A stretch of DNA of 64,000 nucleotides from an uncultured Bacteroidota bacterium (GTDB taxonomy: Bacteria > Bacteroidota > Bacteroidia > Bacteroidales > SZUA-534). Positions 24,620-34,731 of this stretch are shown here, piece by piece (position 1 is the stretch's first letter; each line of letters opens with the position of its first letter). Location of the stretch: positions 14,006 to 78,005 of the forward strand of contig CAMJCK010000009.1 in NCBI GenBank assembly GCA_946404125.1, in the 5' to 3' direction. A program made the translations under genes and the position numbers. Under the pieces are notes generated by a model. It made no database searches and was not told the DNA's origin. It saw only the letters and a list, made by a program, of their open reading frames with translations.

Positions 24620-27600
24620 ATGATGAAACTTCAATTATGGAGAAAGGCGGCCACGATGCTGCCAACATTGTTGATTTCATTCTGCACGATGGCGCAGCAG
24701 CACAGCGTGACCGGCACCATCACAGATGAATCGCAGCTCCCCATACCGGGAGCGAACATTGTAGTCAAAGGGACTACATCAGGAACAGTTACCGACGGCA
24801 CCGGAAAATTCTCGATGCAGGCTTCGGATGGCGATGTTCTTGTAGTGTCGTACATTGGCTACACATCGGAAGAGGTTACTGTTAACGGTAACGGTCCGTA
24901 CGACATCAACCTGACACCAGACCTTATTGGTTTGGATGAGGTTGTGGTTATTGGTTACGGTACGCAACGCAAAGAGTCTGTTACCGGTTCTGTGGCTTCT
25001 GTCAAGGGCGATGTTGTCCGCGAGATGCCAGGTGCAAACATCTCACAATCTCTGCAAGGACGTATTGCCGGTGTCAACATGCAACAGACATCGACGAAAC
25101 CGGGTTCTGAGATGCAAATCCGCATTCGTGGCCAACGCTCACTGAGGGCAGATAACGACCCGTTGATTATTTTGGATGGTATTCCGTTTACTGGCGGTTC
25201 GCTTAACGATATCGACCCGAGCTCAATCAAGAGCATCGATATTTTGAAAGACGCCTCGGCAACCGCAATCTATGGTTCGCGTGGTGCCAACGGTGTTATT
25301 CTGGTTACCACAACCAAAGGCAGCATTGGCCAGGACGCAACTATTGTTTATAGCGGATATTACGGACTTAAGACAGTGTTCTCGAAATACCCGATGATGA
25401 ACGCCGAGCAACTGAAAACCCTGCGTGAATACAAAGGAACATTCAAAAGCAGCAAAATGGAAGAGCAGGGAATTGCAGAAGGCGTTGATACCGATTGGCA
25501 AGACCTTATGTATGACAAAGGTATGGTTACAAGCCACGACATTGCAGTAACCGGTGGTACCAAAACGTCAGCCTACAGCTTTGGCGGTGGTTACTATCGT
25601 GAGCAGGCTGTTTTGCCATTGCAGAACTACACCCGTTTCTCAATGCGTGCGGCTGCCGACCAGAAAGTAGGCAACTACATTAAAATCGGCTTCACTAGCA
25701 ACAACAACTACACTATCACCAATGGCAACCGCATCGGCATCTACGATGTGCTGGCTGCATCTCCAATGATAAGCCCCACTGATTCTGTCGGCAACACCCG
25801 TCGCACCATCGACAACAACACTGTTGATGCGGGAGTTTGGATGCGTACCCGCGAAACTTTAGAGGCTATTGATGAAAACGGCGACTATGAAGACAAAAAA
25901 ATCACCTCGGGAACGTTCAACAGCGTATATGCCGAGTTGTCTATCCCCCGTGTAGAGGGTTTGAAATTCCGCACAAACGTTGGTTTGAACCTGAAGTACA
26001 CACAAAATGGTTACTATCAAGGTGTAGGCGTTTTTGCCACTGCCCCAACATCAGCTTCTTCAGCATCGCTTTCAAAGCAGCTTTATTTGAACTGGGCTGT
26101 TGAAAACTTGCTCACATACGACAGAACTTTCGGCAAACATAACATTAATGCTGTCGGCTTGCTGTCGTTTGAGCGCACACAAGACCACTCATCATCTGTT
26201 TCAGGTTCGGGCATAGCATCGAAGAAATTCCTGTACTACAACGTTGCCCGCATAAACGACGAAGGTAAAACCACAGCGAGTCCTGATAATCAGAACTACA
26301 GCGAGTCTGGTCTGAAATCGGCTATGGCACGTTTGATATACTCATACGACGACCGATATATGATAAGTGTTGCTGTACGTAACGACCAATCGTCGCGTCT
26401 GGCGAAAAGCAAGAACTCACACACCTACCCCGCTGTTTCGGTTGGTTGGAACCTTGGCCGTGAATCGTTTATGGAGGATTTCGAATGGCTCAACCAATTC
26501 AAACTCCGCTTCGGCTACGGACAGACATCAAACCAGGCCGTTGCTCCGTTCAAGACTCTTGGCTTGCTTGGCACCAGTCCGTACAACTTTGGCAACGATG
26601 TTATGAGCACCGGCTACTATATACAGGAGCTTGCTAACGACAAACTTGGCTGGGAATACTCAAAGACATTCAACTATGGTGTTGATTTCAGCTTCCTGAA
26701 CCGCATCAGTGGTAGCTTTGAATATTATGTTCAGAAAACAAATGATGTATTGCTGTGGGTAACTCTGCCAAAAACCGCAGGTGTTTCTGGCTACTATGAC
26801 AACATCGGCAAAACTCAGAACAAAGGTTGGGAGTTCAACTTGAACGCAACCATTCTTGATGACTACAACGGATTCACTTGGGACGCTGGCATCAATATGT
26901 ACAGCAACAAGAATGAATTGGTTGAATTGTTGTCGGGTGTAGAAAAAGATGAAGGCAACAAATGGTTTGTCGGACATCCTATCAACTGTATCTATGATTA
27001 TGAGAAAATTGGTTTGTGGATGCCGGAAGACTTCTACTATCAACCAGACGGGTACGACAAATCTTATGGTAAGATTCTGGAGCCTGGTGGCGACGCTGGT
27101 ATGATTCGCGTGAAATACACCGGCGAATATGACGAGAACGGCATGCCAACACGTGCTATTGGTCCTGAAGACCGCCAGATTATGCACATCGACCCGAAAA
27201 TGCAAGGTGGTTTCAACACCCGCTTGGAGTGGAAGGGCGTTGACCTGACTGTTATTGGCGCATTCCAGGTTGGCGGCAAACTCATCAGCACATTGCACTC
27301 AGCCAATGGTTATCTAAACCTGCTGAGCGGCCGCCGCGGCAATGTTGATGTTGACTACTTTATGGCAGAAAGAGAAGGCCGTGGTTCAAATGCGAAAATT
27401 AAACAGGATGCAAGCGGCAACTATATGGTTCAAAACAGAAACGCCAAATATCCTGACCCGAACGCACGCCGCGACGGTGACAATGCCGCTTATGCCTCAA
27501 CACTTGGATACTTCAACGCATCGTTCTGCAAGATTCGCACAATCACCTTGGGCTACAACTTCAAGAACAATGGTAACACAGTGTTAGACGAGATTGGCAT

Positions 27601-27814
27601 CAAGAAGATTCGTGTTTACGGAACCATCCAGAATCCGTGGGTTATTGCTTCGAAATTCAAGAAAGAGACCGGTCTTGACCCGGAGACAAACTCATTTGGC
27701 AATGAAAACGTAGCCTCTAGTACAGATGCTTATAAAGCAGGCAGTATACTTACAGTTGGTACCAACACACCATCGACACGTACCTTCTTAGTTGGATTAA
27801 ACATAACTTTCTAA
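24620..27814 (+). CDS. SusC/RagA family TonB-linked outer membrane protein
   Basis: 1064 aa. CarboxypepD_reg domain (VTGTITDESQLPIPGANIVVKGT), plug (DEVVVIGYGTQRKES...ILVTTKKG), a long barrel and the terminal aromatic LNITF. Confidence 0.95.
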   Translation: MMKLQLWRKAATMLPTLLISFCTMAQQHSVTGTITDESQLPIPGANIVVKGTTSGTVTDGTGKFSMQASDGDVLVVSYIGYTSEEVTVNGNGPYDINLTPDLIGLDEVVVIGYGTQRKESVTGSVASVKGDVVREMPGANISQSLQGRIAGVNMQQTSTKPGSEMQIRIRGQRSLRADNDPLIILDGIPFTGGSLNDIDPSSIKSIDILKDASATAIYGSRGANGVILVTTTKGSIGQDATIVYSGYYGLKTVFSKYPMMNAEQLKTLREYKGTFKSSKMEEQGIAEGVDTDWQDLMYDKGMVTSHDIAVTGGTKTSAYSFGGGYYREQAVLPLQNYTRFSMRAAADQKVGNYIKIGFTSNNNYTITNGNRIGIYDVLAASPMISPTDSVGNTRRTIDNNTVDAGVWMRTRETLEAIDENGDYEDKKITSGTFNSVYAELSIPRVEGLKFRTNVGLNLKYTQNGYYQGVGVFATAPTSASSASLSKQLYLNWAVENLLTYDRTFGKHNINAVGLLSFERTQDHSSSVSGSGIASKKFLYYNVARINDEGKTTASPDNQNYSESGLKSAMARLIYSYDDRYMISVAVRNDQSSRLAKSKNSHTYPAVSVGWNLGRESFMEDFEWLNQFKLRFGYGQTSNQAVAPFKTLGLLGTSPYNFGNDVMSTGYYIQELANDKLGWEYSKTFNYGVDFSFLNRISGSFEYYVQKTNDVLLWVTLPKTAGVSGYYDNIGKTQNKGWEFNLNATILDDYNGFTWDAGINMYSNKNELVELLSGVEKDEGNKWFVGHPINCIYDYEKIGLWMPEDFYYQPDGYDKSYGKILEPGGDAGMIRVKYTGEYDENGMPTRAIGPEDRQIMHIDPKMQGGFNTRLEWKGVDLTVIGAFQVGGKLISTLHSANGYLNLLSGRRGNVDVDYFMAEREGRGSNAKIKQDASGNYMVQNRNAKYPDPNARRDGDNAAYASTLGYFNASFCKIRTITLGYNFKNNGNTVLDEIGIKKIRVYGTIQNPWVIASKFKKETGLDPETNSFGNENVASSTDAYKAGSILTVGTNTPSTRTFLVGLNITF

Positions 27815-27826
27815 TCGATTACTACA

Positions 27827-29788
27827 ATGAAAAAGAATAATAAAATAACATTGCTTGGTGCATCGGCATTGGCATTGCTTGCTTTCGGCAGCTGCTCCGA
27901 TGTGCTGGATGAGACACCTCGTTCAACCTTTACCCTCGACTACTTCACTACCGACGAAGGCATTAAGGGTGGTCTTACCCAAATGTACGCCCACTTGCGT
28001 AACTTCTATGGCGGCTACTATCTGGCTGCCTGCGAGTGCGGTACCGACGAGTACACCTGGGGACAATCAGGCGACAACAACAACAAAGACAACGACTTCT
28101 CGGGTGTTGGCAATATCACGTCATCTACAGCCCGTACTGACGCTCTTTGGGATTGGGCATTCATCAACATCAACACTGCAAGTGCACTTATTGAGCAAGG
28201 AACAGCCAGCGGACTCGACGCTTCGCTTGTTGCTGAAGCCTACTTCTTCCGCGCATTCGACTACTTCCTGCTTGTTCAACACTTTGGCGGTATGCCATTG
28301 GATTTGGGTTCTGGCGAGCTGAAATCGAACAGTTCTCCTTCACGCATATCAGTGCGCAACACCGTGCCTGAGGTTTATACCCGCTGCATCTTCCCCGACT
28401 TGATTACAGCAGTGAACGATTTGCCGGAAAATCCACGTTTGGTTGGAACTGTTACAAAAACTGTTGCCCGCCTTTACCTGGCAAAGGCTTATCTGACCTA
28501 CGCTTGGTGGCTCGAGAACCCGAAAAACATCCCGACCTACCCAGCTTGCGACCGTGTTGACCCCGATGGAAAAACTGCCGCTCAGTATTTCCAATTAGCA
28601 TACAACAAGGCAATGGAAGGCATCAACAATCCTGGTCCTTACGGATTGCAAGAGACATTCTATGACATGTGCGCTGCTAAAAACGAACGCAACAAAGAAA
28701 TGCTTCTGTGGGCTGATCACACCGCAACAAACTGGTTGTATAGCGGTGCAGAAAACGAAAGCAAAGCCAACAACTATGGCGATGACCCAGGTTCCCACGG
28801 TTCAAACAACAACTTCTGGTTTGAAAACTGGAACTACACAGAATTGCAGATGGCCGATGGAACCCCTACAAAACGTATCGACCGCCAAGGCTACGGCCGT
28901 CCGTGGACACGTATGGCTCCCACCTACAATGTGTTTAGCGAGACTTTCGCCGATGAGAAAGACTCTCGCCGTGACGCCACATTCCAGACTACCATTCACG
29001 CCAACTGGCATGTTGCCGATACTGCAGGTATTAAAATCCTAACTCGCAAAAACGCCAATAATATGGATGTTGAGCAAGGCGGAATCATTCTGACATTTGT
29101 TCCGAAAGCTATCGAAGGAACTGTATATAACAAAGATAATGGCGCACTTGGCTTAGGTGAGGCTCCCGGCCGTGCAGACTGGGTTGTTGACCCGGAGCAC
29201 ATCAGCCGCAAGATTTACCCAGGACCGTTCAAATTCAGCGGTTTCAGCCAGGAGTCTGACGATGTTGCCATGACTCGCCCGATAGGCTCTTTAGGTGTTC
29301 CAAACGCCAACAATATCCGTCCATACTACATTGCCAAGTTCTCTGAACTTTACCTGGTAGCAGCCGAGGCTGCCGTTAAAGGCGCAACTGGTGAGAAATC
29401 GGCCAAAGACCTTGTGAATGTACTTCGTAAGCGTGCTGGCAAATGGACCTTCAGTGTTGCAGAAGACAAAGCTGTCAGCTTCGACTACAGTGCAGACCTT
29501 GTTGCCGCAACTCCCGAAACTATTGATATGAAATTCATTATGCTTGAGCGTTCGCGTGAGTTCTTTGGCGAAGGTTATCGCCGTCTCGACCTCATCCGCA
29601 CTCAAATGTGGGAAGAGTTGGCCGGAAGCTACAAAATCTGCGGTTCAAATGTTGGTGATTGGGAGCTCGAAGAATTCCAACGCGAAATTAAACCGGAATA
29701 CTATCTGTCACCAATCCCTCAACCTCAGATTGATGGTTTAGAAATGAGCGACGAGGAAAAAGCCGCATATCAGAACCCGGGATATTAA
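27827..29788 (+). CDS. SusD/RagB family nutrient-binding lipoprotein
   Basis: Lipobox LAFGSCSDVLDE. TPR-like SusD core (EAYFFRAFDYFLLVQHFGGMPL; RSREFFGEGYRRLDLIR). Lies 12 nt after the SusC-like gene. Confidence 0.9.
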   Translation: MKKNNKITLLGASALALLAFGSCSDVLDETPRSTFTLDYFTTDEGIKGGLTQMYAHLRNFYGGYYLAACECGTDEYTWGQSGDNNNKDNDFSGVGNITSSTARTDALWDWAFININTASALIEQGTASGLDASLVAEAYFFRAFDYFLLVQHFGGMPLDLGSGELKSNSSPSRISVRNTVPEVYTRCIFPDLITAVNDLPENPRLVGTVTKTVARLYLAKAYLTYAWWLENPKNIPTYPACDRVDPDGKTAAQYFQLAYNKAMEGINNPGPYGLQETFYDMCAAKNERNKEMLLWADHTATNWLYSGAENESKANNYGDDPGSHGSNNNFWFENWNYTELQMADGTPTKRIDRQGYGRPWTRMAPTYNVFSETFADEKDSRRDATFQTTIHANWHVADTAGIKILTRKNANNMDVEQGGIILTFVPKAIEGTVYNKDNGALGLGEAPGRADWVVDPEHISRKIYPGPFKFSGFSQESDDVAMTRPIGSLGVPNANNIRPYYIAKFSELYLVAAEAAVKGATGEKSAKDLVNVLRKRAGKWTFSVAEDKAVSFDYSADLVAATPETIDMKFIMLERSREFFGEGYRRLDLIRTQMWEELAGSYKICGSNVGDWELEEFQREIKPEYYLSPIPQPQIDGLEMSDEEKAAYQNPGY

Positions 29789-29864
29789 TCGAAACATTTC
29801 ATCATTTATAAAAGTTTTCCCGATTAGAGTTGTTCGTAGTTCCTGCCGAAAGGCAGTAACGAAG

Positions 29865-29899
29865 GGAGGCCGCCACCAAGCGGCCTCCTGTTTTTTTTT
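29865..29899 (+). terminator. Rho-independent terminator after SusD-like gene
   Basis: ggaggccg (29865-29872) pairs with cggcctcc (29881-29888), followed by a 9-T run. Confidence 0.85.
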
Positions 29900-29958
29900 G
29901 TACATACGCGAACTCAAGCCACGCGTGTGCTAATTGTTCCCACGGCAACCATACCAAC

Positions 29959-29988
29959 AAAAAAAGCCCGCGACAATAATCGCAGGCT
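29959..29988 (-). terminator. Rho-independent terminator after the SIS/DUF4954 operon
   Basis: The minus strand reads AGCCTGCGA-TTATTG-TCGCGGGCT followed by TTTTTTT, 24 nt after the SIS gene stop. Confidence 0.7.
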
Positions 29989-30011
29989 TTACTGACGGAT
30001 ATAAACTATTA

Positions 30012-31028
30012 TCAAAGAATCAACTCATTACCCACCTTGCGGGCGCGCTCGGGTTTGTCGAGATTGATGTCTGTGGCAAGACCAATCTCAACCAGCAGAT
30101 TCCAACCGGCGCAAAGCATTACGTATGGTTTGAACTCACCTGCGGCCGGAACTTTGATTGTCTCAAACGGAGTGTCGTGGTCAGCAATTGCAACGATTTT
30201 CAAGCCAACACCTTTCTCCAAAACCTCCTGGAACTTTTCAATCTCCTCTTCAATCGGGTCAATAACAAACACTACATCTTTCGGGCTCATCACCTCCTCT
30301 ATTCCGTGAACAGCGTATGTTCCCTCAAGGAAATCCGATTTGCGGCGGGTTATCTCGTTGGTTTTCAAAGTCAATTCCTCGGCAACACCATCGTTGTAGC
30401 CTGAGAAGTAGATAGTTTCGGCTTGTTTCACATAGTTAACCACGCTCGCCGGTATCGGCAGTGTGAGAGCCTTCTCCAACAATTCGGGCAGTTTTTTCAG
30501 TTCTGCCGATTTGTCAACGCCTTGCAGATTCCAAAGTATTGACTCATAATACAATGCTTGCTCAACAACGCTCTTTGTGGCGGCCACGGCCTGCTCCCAT
30601 CCGCAGTTAAGAATGTGGGTGCTGGCGCAAGCTTTTGCAATCATTGTGTCGGCGCAAGCTGTAAGGCCGAAAACGTCTTTTTTGCCCGATTCTGTGAGCT
30701 TTTTGGCCAAGAGAATCACCTCTTTTGTGCGGCCTGAGTTCGATGCGCAGCAAACGGTGTATTTTGACAAGTCGTACTCATACGATTGGCGCGAGCCGTC
30801 GGTCTGCACGTTGATGTCCAAGCCCCAGCGTTTGGCCTTGCGCATAGCGTTTTTGGCCGGGAAAATGCGGCTCGAACCCTCGCCTGTCAAGTAAAGGCGC
30901 TGCGATTTTTTAACCTCATCGGCCAGTTTTTTTGTTACTGTCGGGTCGAATTTCCGAACAGTGTCAATGGTGCCCATCATTTCCTGCACCAACGCATAAT
31001 CAGCGTATTTTTTATCAGTAAGATTCAT
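30012..31028 (-). CDS. SIS (sugar isomerase) domain protein
   Basis: LTGEGSSRIFPAKNA and CCASNSGRTKEVILLAKKL phosphosugar-binding motifs. Two SIS-like halves. Confidence 0.8.
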   Translation of the reverse strand: MNLTDKKYADYALVQEMMGTIDTVRKFDPTVTKKLADEVKKSQRLYLTGEGSSRIFPAKNAMRKAKRWGLDINVQTDGSRQSYEYDLSKYTVCCASNSGRTKEVILLAKKLTESGKKDVFGLTACADTMIAKACASTHILNCGWEQAVAATKSVVEQALYYESILWNLQGVDKSAELKKLPELLEKALTLPIPASVVNYVKQAETIYFSGYNDGVAEELTLKTNEITRRKSDFLEGTYAVHGIEEVMSPKDVVFVIDPIEEEIEKFQEVLEKGVGLKIVAIADHDTPFETIKVPAAGEFKPYVMLCAGWNLLVEIGLATDINLDKPERARKVGNELIL

Positions 31029-31036
31029 AATCAGTA

Positions 31037-33250
31037 TTATAAAAGTTTAGTTAACTGTTCAATTTTATTGTTAAAATCATCGGTCTCGCCGCGCACCTGC
31101 TTGATGAAGCTGTTCTCCTCGAGCGGCCCGATGGCGGCAATCATCTCCTCATCGTTGCGGTATGTCTGTTTGCGATAGATGTTGTCGTAGTCTTTTTTGC
31201 GCGTTTGGTAAACCTGGTCGCAAATGTACTGCTGAATGCCGATGGCGCGTTTCAGTACATCGCTCCACATTTCGTTGGTTATGGTTTCTGTCTCAAGCAG
31301 ATAGCATAGCGATTGGTATGCGTGACGCAGTTTGTCGGTGCCGTAGCGTTCCCAAATGTCATCGTAGCGGTTGTGGATGGCCTCCCACGAGTCAAGTTTT
31401 CCGTTGCGGATGTCGGCGCGAAGTTGGTCAAGGTCAGATGTTTGCATCAGCTGCCCGCCTAGGTTCGACCACTCTTTCTGACGGCGGCCCTGAATCATCG
31501 CGGCAAGCGACTCAAACGTGGCCTGCGGATTGTCGAGCAGATATTTCATTACGTTCTTAACTGCGTAATACACAATCATATCGGCGTATGAATTGTAAGC
31601 GTCGTACACTTTCAAAATCCGCACGCGGCGTTTGCCTTTTTCCATATTCTCACCGAAAACCTGCAGATTGTCAACCACTTTGCGGTCACCGCGAAGCAAC
31701 TCTTTGCCTACTTCGCGCAAAGCTTTCTCGCTCTGTCCCTCAACATTCTTGTTTTGCGTGCGCAGCCAGGCTTTGGCAGTCCATATTTCGAGCAGCTTAC
31801 GGCCGGTTATCACTTCCTCCATACTGTCGGGCGCGTATGCGTCGAACTCAATATGCTGGAATTTGCGCTTGCGAAGGTCACGCTTCTGATATTTCCAAGC
31901 GTTGCGGGCCAGCGCATACATATTATACATCCACCAGAAAGCCGGCATCACTTCCAACTCATTGTGACTCACATTGTTATTGACAAGCGAGAACGGCAGC
32001 GGGATATTCATTTCGGTTGGATAATCGGCTTTGCTCAGCAGCGTGAACGACGCGAACTTGCACGAGTGCTTGACGCTCGAGCACAAGCCCGGCCAGAATC
32101 CGCGGCCAGCTTCTATCTCGTTGTCGTTGGTGCGGCTGTTGTGGTTTGAGCCCATTGTGGCACCGGCGGCAATATTCGTCTGTCCTTTAAGCACGGCGGC
32201 CACAAGGAACGAGTTGTTGTGGTGCTGCTCGTGAGCAGGGAAAATCAGGTTGTTCAGCACCTCGCAGCACGATATTGTGCTGTTATCGCCCAAGAATGAG
32301 TGAATCAGGCGCGCACCGTACTTCAGGTTCGAGTTGTTGCCCAGCACAAAACGCACGGCAATGCACGAGTAGAAAATGTGGCATCCGTAGCCCACAATTC
32401 CGTTCACCAGCACTACGCCCTCACCTATCTGCGACGGTTCCTCGACCGACGAGTTGATGGTGACGTTTTTCAGTTTGCTAGCGCCCTTGATGTAGCAGCA
32501 ATCGCCCACCTTCACATCTTTGATGATGGCTGAATTCTTTATCACACAATTAGTTCCGATGGTGCCATAATATCCGCGGCGCGAGTCGAAACGGTTCTGC
32601 GTCAGATAAGAGAGTTTGGCCTGCAACGGCTTGTCATCAATGAATTTGGCACTCAGATAGGCGTCGGCGGCAATCATACCGTCGAACGGATAAACCTTGC
32701 GGCAGCCCGTCTCGTTCATCAGGTCGAGACAGATTCTAACATCTTCCGGCTCACCGTCTTTGACTATGCCGTTGCCGAATTTTGCGTGATTGGTGCAGCA
32801 CATCTCCTGAATGTTGAAGATGATGCAGTTGTCACCTATAATATAATGCGACAGGTAGTGCACATCGTGGATGGCCACGTTGTTGCCAATATCGCAAGAT
32901 GTTATAACACTGTTGGTTATACCTACGCGCAAACGCAAATCGTGGTATTGGAGCATAGCGTCGCGAACTTCGCCAATGCGCACCAGTCCGTAGAATTTGT
33001 TGTTTTTTATCTGTTTGGGATTAAACTCATCGGTAACCAGGAAATTGTCCCAATTCTCGCAGCTGTTGTTGTTTTTAACAAGGCGCTCAATCTCGTCGGA
33101 ACGCAAATGACGCCATCCGCCAATAGGCTTGGTTGTTTGTTGGTTACGGAGGTAGTATTCATCCTGGCCTTCGGGAAGGAACTCTTTTTCAACGAAATGC
33201 TCCTCCATTTCTGGCCCCCATAGGATTTTTACGGTATTTTCTGCATCCAT
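31037..33250 (-). CDS. DUF4954-like protein with left-handed beta-helix (hexapeptide) core
   Basis: 737 aa. N-terminus LRSDEIERLVKNNNSCENWDNFLVTDEFNP, a long run of hexapeptide-like turns in the middle and a helical C-terminus. Assignment to DUF4954 is from memory. Lies 8 nt upstream of the SIS gene. Confidence 0.65.
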   Translation of the reverse strand: MDAENTVKILWGPEMEEHFVEKEFLPEGQDEYYLRNQQTTKPIGGWRHLRSDEIERLVKNNNSCENWDNFLVTDEFNPKQIKNNKFYGLVRIGEVRDAMLQYHDLRLRVGITNSVITSCDIGNNVAIHDVHYLSHYIIGDNCIIFNIQEMCCTNHAKFGNGIVKDGEPEDVRICLDLMNETGCRKVYPFDGMIAADAYLSAKFIDDKPLQAKLSYLTQNRFDSRRGYYGTIGTNCVIKNSAIIKDVKVGDCCYIKGASKLKNVTINSSVEEPSQIGEGVVLVNGIVGYGCHIFYSCIAVRFVLGNNSNLKYGARLIHSFLGDNSTISCCEVLNNLIFPAHEQHHNNSFLVAAVLKGQTNIAAGATMGSNHNSRTNDNEIEAGRGFWPGLCSSVKHSCKFASFTLLSKADYPTEMNIPLPFSLVNNNVSHNELEVMPAFWWMYNMYALARNAWKYQKRDLRKRKFQHIEFDAYAPDSMEEVITGRKLLEIWTAKAWLRTQNKNVEGQSEKALREVGKELLRGDRKVVDNLQVFGENMEKGKRRVRILKVYDAYNSYADMIVYYAVKNVMKYLLDNPQATFESLAAMIQGRRQKEWSNLGGQLMQTSDLDQLRADIRNGKLDSWEAIHNRYDDIWERYGTDKLRHAYQSLCYLLETETITNEMWSDVLKRAIGIQQYICDQVYQTRKKDYDNIYRKQTYRNDEEMIAAIGPLEENSFIKQVRGETDDFNNKIEQLTKLL

Positions 33251-33272
33251 ATATTGTCAATATTTCATTTTT

Positions 33273-33280
33273 CAAATATA
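33273..33280 (-). promoter_or_regulatory. Candidate -7 promoter box flanked by a 9-bp inverted repeat
   Basis: The minus strand reads TATATTTG, 23 nt upstream of the ATG at 33250. It is bracketed by ttgtcaata (33254-33262) and tattgacaa (33283-33291). Confidence 0.4.
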
Positions 33281-33360
33281 CCTATTGACAAAAAAAATGC
33301 GAGCTACCCTACCGTTTTTTTTCAACAAATTTGAAAGTAAGTGTATCACTTAGAATCGCC

Positions 33361-34260
33361 TTAACGTTTCAAGGCCGACTTGCCAACTTTCTCAACCTGG
33401 TACATTCCAATCAGAATCATTGCCGAGCCGAGCATCGCAAACGGTGTTATACGCTCGCCAATGACTATTGAGGCCGTGATGATTGCCACTACCGGATTGA
33501 AATATATGTAGTTAGACGCTTTTACGACTCCGATGCGTTTCATAACAATGTTCCACAGCACATAGCACACCAGCGAGGCCACAATGCCCAAAAAGAGCAG
33601 ATTCAGCCAAACCTGCGGCTGCCGGTAAACTGCCATATCGATTTTGAGACCTGTGAGAAAAAGCACAGGAACCAGTGTGAGCAGTCCGTAGAAAAACACT
33701 TTGCGTATGATAAACAGATTGTTGTATTTTGGTGCTAACAATTTGGTAATGAGCGAATAGAATGCCCACGCCCACGCAGCCGCAAACGCAAGCATATCGC
33801 CCACGGGCGAGAGTTTGAGCGCAAATTTGCCGTTCAGCACCACCAGCACCATTCCGGCAAAAGCCAGCACCGACCCGATTTTCTGCCGACGGTTCATACG
33901 CTCGTCGCGATTGCCGATGCTCAACAGCAGTGCCGTCAGCAACGGGGTTGTGCACACCAGCAACGAAACGTTTGTCACGGTTGAAATCTGCAATGCCGTA
34001 TTCTCGGCCAGAAAATAGGCCGAACCGCCGGTAACGCCCAAAGCGACAGCCAAAAGTTCATCTTTAACGCTGTCGCACAATAGTTTGCGTGGCGCGACAA
34101 ACCAAATGAAGATGTAGGCTAACAAAAAACGGCAGAAGAATACGTCTATCGGTCGTAATCCATTATTAATGAGAACTTTGCTCGACACAAACGTTGTGCC
34201 CCAAACGCAGACAATGGCAAAGGCGAGCAGATTGAACAGTAATGTCCGGTTTTTATCCAT
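33361..34260 (-). CDS. DMT superfamily (EamA) transporter
   Basis: 299 aa, about 10 TM helices and two EamA-like halves. Confidence 0.85.
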   Translation of the reverse strand: MDKNRTLLFNLLAFAIVCVWGTTFVSSKVLINNGLRPIDVFFCRFLLAYIFIWFVAPRKLLCDSVKDELLAVALGVTGGSAYFLAENTALQISTVTNVSLLVCTTPLLTALLLSIGNRDERMNRRQKIGSVLAFAGMVLVVLNGKFALKLSPVGDMLAFAAAWAWAFYSLITKLLAPKYNNLFIIRKVFFYGLLTLVPVLFLTGLKIDMAVYRQPQVWLNLLFLGIVASLVCYVLWNIVMKRIGVVKASNYIYFNPVVAIITASIVIGERITPFAMLGSAMILIGMYQVEKVGKSALKR

Positions 34261-34287
34261 CGGCAGTTTTTTTGCTGAACGACAAAA

Positions 34288-34554
34288 TTATTCGGCAGCA
34301 TTCCGCTTGGCCATCACCTTTTTGAGCGCCGTAGCCAACTGGTCGGGGCACGATGTGCTTTTCATTCCGCACTGAACGCCTTCAAGCTTACTTATCACAT
34401 CGGAAACCTGCATTCCATCAACCAGCCTGCCAATGCCTTTCAGGTTGCCGTTGCAGCCGCCATAGAACTGAACGTTGCTCAAAATGTTGTTATCATCAAT
34501 CTCAAAATCAATTTGTTGACTGCAAGTGCCAACTGTTTGGTATCGGTACTTCAT
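34288..34554 (-). CDS. TSCPD-domain small protein (TIGR03905-like)
   Basis: 88 aa. GTCSQQIDFEI...FYGGCNGNLKGI...CGMKSTSCPDQLA four-cysteine pattern. Confidence 0.7.
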   Translation of the reverse strand: MKYRYQTVGTCSQQIDFEIDDNNILSNVQFYGGCNGNLKGIGRLVDGMQVSDVISKLEGVQCGMKSTSCPDQLATALKKVMAKRNAAE

Positions 34555-34731
34555 TTTCTTAGTATAGTGTTAAAATCTGGGGGCGAAATTATGAAAATGC
34601 AAGAAAGCTCCGATGCTGTCAGCAAACTTTTCCGGAATAATCATAAATATCAAAACTTAACAACAATGTTGGCTGACAAGTGATTATTATGCTTTCTACC
34701 AGATACTTGCCTTATGTGGTCAGCTTCTTCC

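Noticed and set aside
24051-24623. 190-aa ORF filling the gap upstream of the SusC-like gene
   Set aside because: The region is AT-rich with repeated promoter/operator-like motifs. The ORF has no signal or domain features, runs directly into the susC start, and is better explained as a long 5' leader/regulatory region.
33290-33322. Symmetric A8-N17-T8 element between the DMT transporter stop and the DUF4954 promoter, considered as a terminator
   Set aside because: The 17-nt core (tgcgagctaccctaccg) has no GC stem. Only the A/T runs could pair, so this is not convincing as an intrinsic terminator.
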